Shown: positions 1-7,376 of the stretch, in pieces
How positions within the stretch are numbered: position 1 is the stretch's first letter
Layout of the letters: every line of letters starts with the position of its first letter
DNA from: Methylomonas sp.
GTDB lineage: Bacteria > Pseudomonadota > Gammaproteobacteria > Methylococcales > Methylomonadaceae
Assembly (NCBI GenBank): GCA_026988195.1
Contig: JALSLS010000237.1
Span: forward strand, 1-56,675
DNA: 56,675 bases
Reading direction: 5' to 3'
Program-made: the position numbers and the translations under genes
The notes under the pieces: model-generated
Seen by the model: the letters and a program-made list of their open reading frames with translations, nothing else
Told to the model about the DNA's origin: nothing
The model's database searches: none

Positions 1-293
1 CCTGATTACGTACGAGTCTCAGCCATTTTATAAAAATGGCCGATTCAACTGTTATACGTCATCTCGGCAGGGATTCACATTATGCTATCCTGCATAATGC
101 CCTTTGGGTAAATGCAAATCTGTTCCAGACAGATTTGTGCCGAGATCTAGAACCCAAGGATGGGGTGATTGTATAATCAAGTATAAGCTAATTATCCAGG
201 TCGTATGTCCCTATACACTGGATACCAGCAATCCCTGCTGGTATGACGTGGGTCTAGTGTGTTATATACGGCTGAAGCTCATGGGTAATCAGG
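1..293. repeat. MITE-like element, family D copy 1. It has terminal inverted repeats and begins exactly at the window edge.
   Basis: Positions 1-26 (cctgattacgtacgagtctcagccat) are the imperfect reverse complement of 268-293 (acggctgaagctcatgggtaatcagg). The same ~25-nt termini bound a second element at 1672-1858. An internal nested inverted repeat is present (cgtcatctcggcagggatt / aatccctgctggtatgacg). No credible ORF lies inside. Confidence 0.6.
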
Positions 294-309
294 TAAACAT
301 ATTAATTTT

Positions 310-1131
310 TTACTTGAAAAAATCTATTATTTGCTGATAGTGCTGAGCATCTTCAATCTTTCCTCTTTTTAATGCACCTTGCTGGAATATTTTACTTTTC
401 TTTAATAACATAGCAATAGCTTGTTGTTTATTTTCAGCATTTAACATATTTCCTTCAATTACTTTCTGTAATGCTTTAATCCTATACCGATCCATTCCCC
501 AATATTTTTGAGAAAGCTGATCTTCATGCCCACCATATTTGAGAATTTGTGGCTCTTCAATATAGAGTACTGGGTATTTTGAAGTAATGCGCAACCATAA
601 ATCATAATCCTCACATGCGGGAAGCTCAACATCAAAAAAACCGACATCATCAAAGACAGAGCGATGAACAACAATTGATGACGGGGACATTGCACACAAA
701 GGCAAGCATTGCGGAAAAATCCAGCCACCTGTTTTCCGGTGTTTTTTCATTTGATTGACTCGGACACCATTTCTTATCCAAATTTCTTCTGTATGACAAA
801 CCTTTTGTTCAGGACTTAATTCTAGCAAAGAAAATTGCTTTTCCAGTTTCCCCGGCAGCCATTCATCATCCGAGTCCAAAAAAGCCACCCATTCCCCTTT
901 GGCAACATCCAGCCCCTTATTCCTAGCGCTACTAACCCCACTATTTGACTGGTAATAATAGTGGACATCAGGAAATTCTGCTTGTATCATTTCAGCTGAA
1001 TCATCCGTCGAACCATCATCAATGACGATCACCTCATACTCACTTAATGTTTGCTTATACACCGACTTCAATGCACGTTTTAATAAAACAGCTCGATTAA
1101 AAGTGGGGATAATGACACTCACTAAACACAT
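310..1131 (-). CDS. Family 2 glycosyltransferase
   Basis: 273-aa ORF. The N-terminus VSVIIPTFNRAVLLKRALKSV...VIVIDDGSTDDS and a downstream DSDD motif are typical of the GT-A fold GT2 family. Confidence 0.85.
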   Translation of the reverse strand: MCLVSVIIPTFNRAVLLKRALKSVYKQTLSEYEVIVIDDGSTDDSAEMIQAEFPDVHYYYQSNSGVSSARNKGLDVAKGEWVAFLDSDDEWLPGKLEKQFSLLELSPEQKVCHTEEIWIRNGVRVNQMKKHRKTGGWIFPQCLPLCAMSPSSIVVHRSVFDDVGFFDVELPACEDYDLWLRITSKYPVLYIEEPQILKYGGHEDQLSQKYWGMDRYRIKALQKVIEGNMLNAENKQQAIAMLLKKSKIFQQGALKRGKIEDAQHYQQIIDFFK

Positions 1132-1217
1132 ATAAAAGCCTTATATTTTAATTAATTGTTGAAGTTTGTTAATAAATAACTTAAATTAAATACACTAACA
1201 AAATAAAGGAGTCACTT

Positions 1218-1664
1218 ATGTCGGCCGTTATGCATGAAACACCTGATAGACGTCAACATAATCATCATTTAGTTTCTGAACTACAACAAGGAAGGAGTCA
1301 AGTCTGGTCTTTATACTGTGAAATCGCCGACTTAAAACCCTTTTCTGCTTCGTCTGAAATTCACGCGACCTTAACTCAGTTTTCTCAACTATTGGTTGAT
1401 TATGTTTCTCTAGGTCACTTTGGTATTTATGAATACCTTTTATCAGGAAATGAGCGCAGAGAAAAAGTGCTGACTGCTGCAAAAAGTATTTACCCTGAAT
1501 TTTCAAGGACAACCGAAGCTGTTATTGCCTTTAATGACAAATATGATGATAATAAAAATAGCTTTAAAACTGCGGGGTTAGAAGCAGACCTATCTGTATT
1601 AGGGGAAGACCTAGCAAAAAGAATCGAGCTCGAAGATGAACTTTGTCGCCTAGTTCTAAAATAA
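1218..1664 (+). CDS. rsd: Rsd/AlgQ-family anti-sigma-70 regulator
   Basis: 148-aa ORF. FSQLLVDYVSLGHFGIYEYLL and LGEDLAKRIELEDELCRLVL match the conserved Rsd blocks (E. coli FCQSLVDYLSAGHFSIYERIL and LSDIGEALEARFVLEDKLILLVL). Confidence 0.75.
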   Translation: MSAVMHETPDRRQHNHHLVSELQQGRSQVWSLYCEIADLKPFSASSEIHATLTQFSQLLVDYVSLGHFGIYEYLLSGNERREKVLTAAKSIYPEFSRTTEAVIAFNDKYDDNKNSFKTAGLEADLSVLGEDLAKRIELEDELCRLVLK

Positions 1665-1671
1665 AATACTA

Positions 1672-1858
1672 CCTGATTACCCATGAGCTTCCGCCATTTA
1701 AAAAAAGCCAACATTGCAACCCCGTCATTCCTGCATTCTCTTAGCAGGAATCTAGTTCACTGAAAATGGATCCCCGATAAAAGACCTCGGGGATGACGCG
1801 TGGCCCAAGGGTTTATTCTTTTTCCATATGATTTGACGGAAACTCATGGGTAATCAGG
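1672..1858. repeat. MITE-like element, family D copy 2
   Basis: The termini cctgattacccatgagcttccgccat (1672-1697) and tgacggaaactcatgggtaatcagg (1834-1858) are inverted repeats. Internal hairpins are tcctgc/gcagga and atccccga/tcggggat. It starts 8 nt after the rsd stop codon. Confidence 0.6.
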
Positions 1859-2052
1859 AAATACTTTATCCTTTCTTTAAAGTGAAACAGGTCTTCATAA
1901 AAAGCAGAAGAGGCTGATTTTTTTGCCCACCATCCGCCGAATAGGTGGGCAGAAAAGATTGCCCACCCTACAGCTATAAACTGCTCCGCCTTAATTTTGT
2001 AGCCATTTTAAGCTACACTTATCGTCAAAAACGGCAGGCTAAAGCTCCCACA

Positions 2053-2216
2053 TATGCTTCGCGCGGTCACGGATGCGGAATTTATAAGCTGCTGATTTTT
2101 GTCGATAGCAAGGCGCTGAAACAGGCGCATAGCAAGCTACGCAATTGTTTCAGCAACGTAGCTATTGGCAAAAACTCAGCGGTTAGAAAACCGCAGTCGT
2201 GACCGCGCGAAGTATA
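2053..2216 (+). repeat. Long imperfect-palindrome repeat, family B copy 1
   Basis: It matches the reverse complement of 47685-47848 with 11 substitutions over 164 nt by my count. The ~26-nt inverted termini are tatgcttcgcgcggtcacggatgcgg / ccgcagtcgtgaccgcgcgaagtata. The apex carries the core ggcgcatagcaagctacgc at 2124-2142. Confidence 0.8.
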
Positions 2217-2229
2217 ATCAAGTTATAAT

Positions 2230-4863
2230 TTAACTTTCACCTGTCGTTGTTCCTGTCCCTCTCCCATCGGACTCCTTAATAAAACGTTCTTTCAATCGTT
2301 TAAATGCTGACCATAAGGTTTTATCCATCACCACTTCGTTCCCGATAGAAACAATAACTCGAGTGAGCTCAGGAATTTTTGTTTTAGTGGAAATCATGTA
2401 AATCGGTTGCACGTAAAGCATCGAGTTTTCCATCGGTAAAATAATCATTCGCCCTCTTTCAACTCTTGATCCATGTTGATCCCATAAGGTAAACTGCTCC
2501 GATATTTCAGGGCTCTGGTCAATTAATGCATCAACCTGTGCTGGCCCATTAACCTGTATATCTTTATTAAATTTATGTACCGTAATACTCGGAGAATAAG
2601 TATCAGTACACGACACATTGTCAGAAGTACCTGCAACCCCCACCATACTTAAATTATCACGATGTACTGGAGTCATCGGGTTAATCATCACAAACTCTTC
2701 TCTATCATTACAATTATTAAAGTCCATAGTAATAAAGTAAGGGAGTACTAGCTTCTCATTGACTGTCGCAAACTGCCATGTTTCTGCTTGTTCATAAAAT
2801 AACTCTGGCGTTTTTTGATGATATTTTGCATAGACTCTCATTTGCAGGTGATACAAATCTCGAGGGTAGCGTAAATGCTTACTTAGTATGTCAGGCATAC
2901 TATCTAAACTATGAAAAACACCAGGATATGCGCGACTATAAGCCTTAATAATAGGATCTGTTGGGTTTGAAATATAATAACTTACAGCACCACTATAAGC
3001 ATCTACAGTAATTTTTATTGAATTTCGAATATAATTAAACTCATGCCGGCCATCTAGGTAATCATGTGCAGCAGGCTTTGAAACCGGGTAGTGGTTTGAT
3101 AAGGTATAAGCATCTTGTATCCAAAAGAACCTATCTTTAGTCACAACAAGATATGGGTCTTTATCTAAGTGTAAAAATGGGGTGATTTTATTAATACGCT
3201 TAATGATATTCCTATGTAACATCACCTTACTTTTCTTATTTATATTAGTAGAAAAGAACACCTTTTCATCTTTAAGATAAAAAGCCAGCAATGCCTTCCT
3301 AAAATAAGAAGGGATAGAGATTCCTGCCCCCCCCATATAACCAGCGTCCAAAGTAGGGTCACTACCCGCTAATCCCATGATTTTTAATTTATTGGGAACA
3401 ACTGCATATTTGTAATTTTCTTGTCCAAAATATATATCTGCCTTGGTAACACTAAAGCCTTTTGTTGATGACAAATTAAGATCACGCAGGTACCAAGTAA
3501 TAGGCTTGGCTGCATCTTGAGCTGCGGGCGTTATCACTGCACCAAAACCATGGGTGTAACGTAAATGGGTATTTTCCCAGTTTTGAGCCGAGCTTGGGAG
3601 TTTTTTAATATTCATTTCCCTGGCAGCTAAATTGACTTGCTGAAAATGGCCATTAAGAAAATACCGGTCTTCATCAACTTCAACAAACCGATAATAAGGC
3701 CTAATTCCTTGTAGTTGCATATAGACATCAGTCAAAAACTCCCGATCCCAAACAGGAATATTTTCAAAGTGTTGTTGAGTGCTCCACTTTTCAATATCTT
3801 TAGTTGCATCTAATTTAACTAAAAAATCGACAGTTTTAATATTATTCAAATCATACGCATCTAAAGTCGCATCAATATTGTTCTGCATAAAGAACTTTTC
3901 AGTACTAACAGGACTTGGCTTAACAATAAACTTTTCCATTAAATCAGGAATTAATTGTATTTTTTGCAAGCCCAAAACAACTAGGAACGCGACTACAGAG
4001 ATAAAAAAAGGCGTTTTAACTCGATGCTTTTCCGAAAAAATAAAAATAACTGCCGTCACCGCAGTGGCTATAAAGGTAAAAATAGACAACCAAATCAAAG
4101 GTAATTGATAACGTATTTCTACAAACCCAGGACCAAAAAATACAGGTTCATGACTGTCAACATACAACAATGAAAAACGATCTAGAAAAAAACCCCACAC
4201 TACAAAAAGCACCACAAAAGCAATTAATATTGTTAAGTGTATTTTTGCTCCTAAAGGAAATTCTTGGTTCTGGTTAGGTACAAAAATATGCTCCAACCAG
4301 TACAGGCAGCCAACTAGAATAAACAGTAAAGAGGCGACAATAACTAATTCTTGTTGAATCAGCATATAGACGGGATAAGAAAACAAGTAGAAACTAACAT
4401 CATTTCCATAAACCGGCTCAGTCACTCCAGCATCACTACCAAAAAAGAACAAAATAGCGGATTCCCATTGGTTATAAAATGGCAATGCAATAATAATCGC
4501 TAAAATCAATGATAAAGGCGTATATACTTTTGCTGATCCATCCATAAACACATCAGCAAACCGTTGAAATCGCTGTCTTTTATCAACATCTAACAACACA
4601 TCATCAGGGGGGTTTAACCCCAAATAACGTGAAGCAATCCAAAAATGGAAATAGAAAATCGCAAAGAAAACCAGGGTCACGCCACCCGACAAAATAAACC
4701 GGTAAAGCAACCTTAACCAGTAATACCCTTCTAGCTCTAATGACCTAAACCACCATAAATCAACTAATAGGTCTAAAAATAGAAAATAGAAAGCAACATA
4801 TAAAATAATGCCAATAACAAGGGTTGCTCCAGCCAACGCAGGTAACAGTTTCCAGTTACGCAT
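2230..4863 (-). CDS. UPF0182-family large integral membrane protein of unknown function
   Basis: 877-aa ORF with an N-terminal multi-TM region (about 7 hydrophobic helices in the first ~300 aa) followed by a large soluble domain. This architecture and length are typical of UPF0182/COG1615. Confidence 0.7.
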   Translation of the reverse strand: MRNWKLLPALAGATLVIGIILYVAFYFLFLDLLVDLWWFRSLELEGYYWLRLLYRFILSGGVTLVFFAIFYFHFWIASRYLGLNPPDDVLLDVDKRQRFQRFADVFMDGSAKVYTPLSLILAIIIALPFYNQWESAILFFFGSDAGVTEPVYGNDVSFYLFSYPVYMLIQQELVIVASLLFILVGCLYWLEHIFVPNQNQEFPLGAKIHLTILIAFVVLFVVWGFFLDRFSLLYVDSHEPVFFGPGFVEIRYQLPLIWLSIFTFIATAVTAVIFIFSEKHRVKTPFFISVVAFLVVLGLQKIQLIPDLMEKFIVKPSPVSTEKFFMQNNIDATLDAYDLNNIKTVDFLVKLDATKDIEKWSTQQHFENIPVWDREFLTDVYMQLQGIRPYYRFVEVDEDRYFLNGHFQQVNLAAREMNIKKLPSSAQNWENTHLRYTHGFGAVITPAAQDAAKPITWYLRDLNLSSTKGFSVTKADIYFGQENYKYAVVPNKLKIMGLAGSDPTLDAGYMGGAGISIPSYFRKALLAFYLKDEKVFFSTNINKKSKVMLHRNIIKRINKITPFLHLDKDPYLVVTKDRFFWIQDAYTLSNHYPVSKPAAHDYLDGRHEFNYIRNSIKITVDAYSGAVSYYISNPTDPIIKAYSRAYPGVFHSLDSMPDILSKHLRYPRDLYHLQMRVYAKYHQKTPELFYEQAETWQFATVNEKLVLPYFITMDFNNCNDREEFVMINPMTPVHRDNLSMVGVAGTSDNVSCTDTYSPSITVHKFNKDIQVNGPAQVDALIDQSPEISEQFTLWDQHGSRVERGRMIILPMENSMLYVQPIYMISTKTKIPELTRVIVSIGNEVVMDKTLWSAFKRLKERFIKESDGRGTGTTTGES

Positions 4864-5084
4864 AAATCCTCACTCTATAAAAGTTGTATATTGTCTGTAG
4901 ATCGTTGCTTATCTGTCAAAATGCAATGAACGATCGACTTCTTTTGTGGCAAAGAGACATTGGGTTAGCCTCTTACGCTATATGAATAGTATTTTAACAC
5001 TCAATGCTTAAGCTTTGCTTTATATCCTTTAGCTCTAATTGCAATACCAGCGGTTATTTTTGTAAATAAAGAGAGAAATACACT

Positions 5085-5249
5085 AAGGAACGTGCATAAA
5101 ACAACTTACCGATTTCTAACTTGTCTTTTTGCTCCAGATGGAATGATCTCATTCGTTGCGTAGCTTGCTATGCGCCTCATGAGATCATTCCATCTGGAAC
5201 AAAAATCCTACGTTATAATTTCGGGAAGTTATTCCATACACGCTCCTTA
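5085..5249 (+). repeat. Long imperfect-palindrome repeat, family A copy 1
   Basis: It matches 14179-14343 in the same orientation, with 9 substitutions and no indels by my count. The arms ggaacgtgcat...ccagatggaatgatctcat and atgagatcattccatctgg...cacgctcc are imperfect reverse complements. The apex core gcgtagcttgctatgcgcc is at 5158-5176. Confidence 0.8.
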
Positions 5250-5329
5250 TTTACTCTTCCCCCCTTGAATGAGGACTTAAAAGCACAAGCTGTGGGTGAG
5301 CAGTTACCAAAAACTCATACTCACTAATA

Positions 5330-5357
5330 TTGACATTTACCATAAATAAAATAGAAT
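5330..5357 (+). promoter_or_regulatory. Candidate sigma70 promoter for the hydrolase gene
   Basis: TTGACA (5330-5335), a 16-nt spacer, then TAGAAT (5352-5357), about 36 nt upstream of the ATG at 5393. The TTG that opens the ORF-track model is the -35 hexamer itself. Confidence 0.45.
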
Positions 5358-5392
5358 GGTTATATTTTATTACTATAAGTAATTTTTTAAGT

Positions 5393-6355
5393 ATGGCCCT
5401 ACCCTCTTCAATAACACCTTTATCACCTCAATACGCTGAAAGCACAGCTATAAACCACCCTCATAAATTAGTTTATGACTCTGTAGGTAGCATTAATGAC
5501 CCTGCCGTACTTCTCATTATGGGTTTAGGTTCACACATGACTGCTTGGCCTCTACCTCTCTGCCAAGCCATTGCCAAACAAGGGTTTCGTGTTATACGTT
5601 TTGATAACCGTGATATTGGCTTATCAGCTAAGCTACAGGGAGTACGTCCACCAGCACTACACCGAGTCATTCTGTCAGGCCTATTTGGGCTAAAACTAGA
5701 AACACCCTACACCTTAGAAGATATGGCTCAAGATACCATTAATTTACTTGATGAACTAAAAATTAAAAAAGCTCATGTTATTGGTGCCTCAATGGGCGGC
5801 ATGATTGCACAGTTAATGGCAATTCATCACCCTGACCGCTTATTAAGCTTGGGGGCAATTATGTCAACTACTAGCGAAGCGCATTTACCTAGAGGTAAAA
5901 TTTCTGTCCTTTGGGAATTATTCAAACCTCGGCCTAAAAATCAAACGCTGGATCAAGCAGTCAATCAATTGATGAACCTGTGTCGTAAAGCTGGGGGTAC
6001 TCAATATCAAGAAGACACTCAAATAATGGAGCAACGCTTTCGCCAGTATATACAACGTTCTCTATATCCAGAGGGAGCCGCTCGTCAAGCTGCTGCGGTA
6101 GCTGTTGCCACTTCAAGAAAACAGCTCTTGGGCAAAATCAACTTACCCACATTGGTTATTCATGGCACCGAAGACCCACTTTTACCTCACGCTCATGGTG
6201 TCGCATTAGCCGAAGCTATTCCTGGTGCACGTTTTGAATCAATAGAAGGCATGGGGCACGACCTTCCATTACCGCTAGTGCCTGTTTTGGCAGAAAAAAT
6301 TCTTTGCCACCTTATTGCTGATACATCAGAAAATATACATGCTCTATCAGCGTAG
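5393..6355 (+). CDS. Alpha/beta-fold hydrolase
   Basis: It has the nucleophile elbow GASMGG, an HG-type oxyanion region (LIMGLGSH) and a C-terminal catalytic GMGHD. The start is moved to the first ATG (MALPSS...) because the upstream TTG extension overlaps a promoter-like sequence. Confidence 0.8.
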   Translation: MALPSSITPLSPQYAESTAINHPHKLVYDSVGSINDPAVLLIMGLGSHMTAWPLPLCQAIAKQGFRVIRFDNRDIGLSAKLQGVRPPALHRVILSGLFGLKLETPYTLEDMAQDTINLLDELKIKKAHVIGASMGGMIAQLMAIHHPDRLLSLGAIMSTTSEAHLPRGKISVLWELFKPRPKNQTLDQAVNQLMNLCRKAGGTQYQEDTQIMEQRFRQYIQRSLYPEGAARQAAAVAVATSRKQLLGKINLPTLVIHGTEDPLLPHAHGVALAEAIPGARFESIEGMGHDLPLPLVPVLAEKILCHLIADTSENIHALSA

Positions 6356-6435
6356 GTTTTTGCTATAACCAATGAGGACAATTTAGCCCGTCATTAACAT
6401 GCAGGCTTAAAGCCTGCACCCGTACCGCTAGCAAA

Positions 6436-6484
6436 GTAACCGTTCACCTCCCCTTTTGAAAAAAGAGGGGGACTGAACGATTAC
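6436..6484. terminator. Long imperfect hairpin between the convergent hydrolase and ubiA genes (possible bidirectional terminator)
   Basis: In gtaaccgttcacctcccc-ttttgaaaaaa-gagggggactgaacgattac the two arms are imperfect reverse complements. It lies 17 nt beyond the ubiA stop. The U-tract is poor, so terminator function is inferred. Confidence 0.35.
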
Positions 6485-6500
6485 CTAGCAAATTATTAAT

Positions 6501-7376
6501 TCATATTAAATAATCCAAGACCAAACCTACAAAAATAGCTAAACCGAAGTAATTACTATTTAGGAAGGCTTTAAAACACAAAGTTTTATCCCTATTAAAA
6601 ATAAGTTTCTGCTGATAAATTGACAGTAAAAAGGCAGTAACAACCCCTGCATAGTAAAAGCTACCCAACTGCTGTATTTGCCCTACCCAAACCAATAAAG
6701 CAATAATAATAAGTTGCAGTCCAGCCATAATTTCGCGATCTTTATCACCAAATAAAATGGCAGTTGATTTAACTCCTATTTTCAAATCATCGTCTTTATC
6801 AACCATCGCATACATGGTGTCATAGACTAAAGCCCATAGCATGACGGCAAGGTACATAACCCACGCTACCATGGGGATTTCATTTACCTGCGCACTAAAT
6901 GACATAGGCACAGCAAAGCCAAAAGCGATACCTAAATAGGCTTGTGGCCATTGTGTATATCGCTTCATAAAAGGGTAACTTGCGGCTAAAAATGCGGCAA
7001 CAAACGACAACATAATGGTCATAAAATTAAGCTGCAACACCAGTATAAACGCCGTTAGACAAAGAACAACAAAAACAATAAGCGCTTCTTTTGGGCTAAC
7101 TTTACCGGCGGCTATTGGCCTTTGCTTAGTTCTCTCTACATGTGGATCAAAATCCCGGTCTGCATAATCATTAATGACACAGCCCGCTGCCCGCATCAGC
7201 ACCACACCAGAGCAAATAATAAACAATACAAACAAATCAGGTTTTCCATTACTGGCAACCCATAATGCCCATAATGCAGGCCATAATAAAATTAAAATCC
7301 CAATAGGTTTATCAAACCGCGCTAAAACCCAGTATTGCTGTAATCTGTCTACTATTATAGGTCGATTAATTATCAT
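6501..7376 (-). CDS. ubiA: 4-hydroxybenzoate polyprenyltransferase
   Basis: It has the UbiA signature NDYADRDFDPHVERTKQRPIAAGKVS and multiple TM helices. The start is set at the internal ATG (MIINRP..., 291 aa, E. coli-like length). The longer ORF-track start would overlap hldE by 86 nt. Confidence 0.88.
   Translation of the reverse strand: MIINRPIIVDRLQQYWVLARFDKPIGILILLWPALWALWVASNGKPDLFVLFIICSGVVLMRAAGCVINDYADRDFDPHVERTKQRPIAAGKVSPKEALIVFVVLCLTAFILVLQLNFMTIMLSFVAAFLAASYPFMKRYTQWPQAYLGIAFGFAVPMSFSAQVNEIPMVAWVMYLAVMLWALVYDTMYAMVDKDDDLKIGVKSTAILFGDKDREIMAGLQLIIIALLVWVGQIQQLGSFYYAGVVTAFLLSIYQQKLIFNRDKTLCFKAFLNSNYFGLAIFVGLVLDYLI

Noticed and set aside
104-337. A 77-aa ORF inside MITE-like element D1.
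   Set aside because: It spans the element's right terminal repeat and runs into the 3' end of the glycosyltransferase gene on the other strand. It has no RBS and no counterpart in D2.
2068-2075. A shared 8-mer, cacggatg, between the family B terminus (2068-2075) and the reverse complement of the family C centre (17062-17069), considered as a second shared module.
   Set aside because: An 8-nt match between two short sequences can easily arise by chance. Unlike the 19-nt core, it is not found in family A.
1945-2202. An 85-aa ORF covering repeat B1 and the repeat debris upstream of it.
   Set aside because: It lies entirely in repeat DNA, has a non-ATG start, no RBS and low-complexity content. 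The equivalent frame is not preserved in copy B2.
5121-5327. A 68-aa plus-strand ORF inside repeat A1. Its counterpart in A2 is open for about 50 codons from ttgtct at 14214, and there is also a 61-aa minus-strand ORF at 14089-14274. I considered these as element-encoded peptides.
   Set aside because: It has a TTG start with no Shine-Dalgarno sequence. The reading frames exit the element into different flanking sequence in the two copies. The minus-strand frame is only 24 codons in A1. Of six substitutions in the shared frame, four change the amino acid. The similar peptides on both strands are simply a consequence of the palindrome.
6400-6418. The perfect palindrome tgcaggctt-a-aagcctgca downstream of the hydrolase gene, considered as its intrinsic terminator.
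   Set aside because: No T tract follows on either strand (it is followed by cccgtaccg). I cannot support a terminator call, and it may simply be a stem-loop or part of repeat-like sequence.
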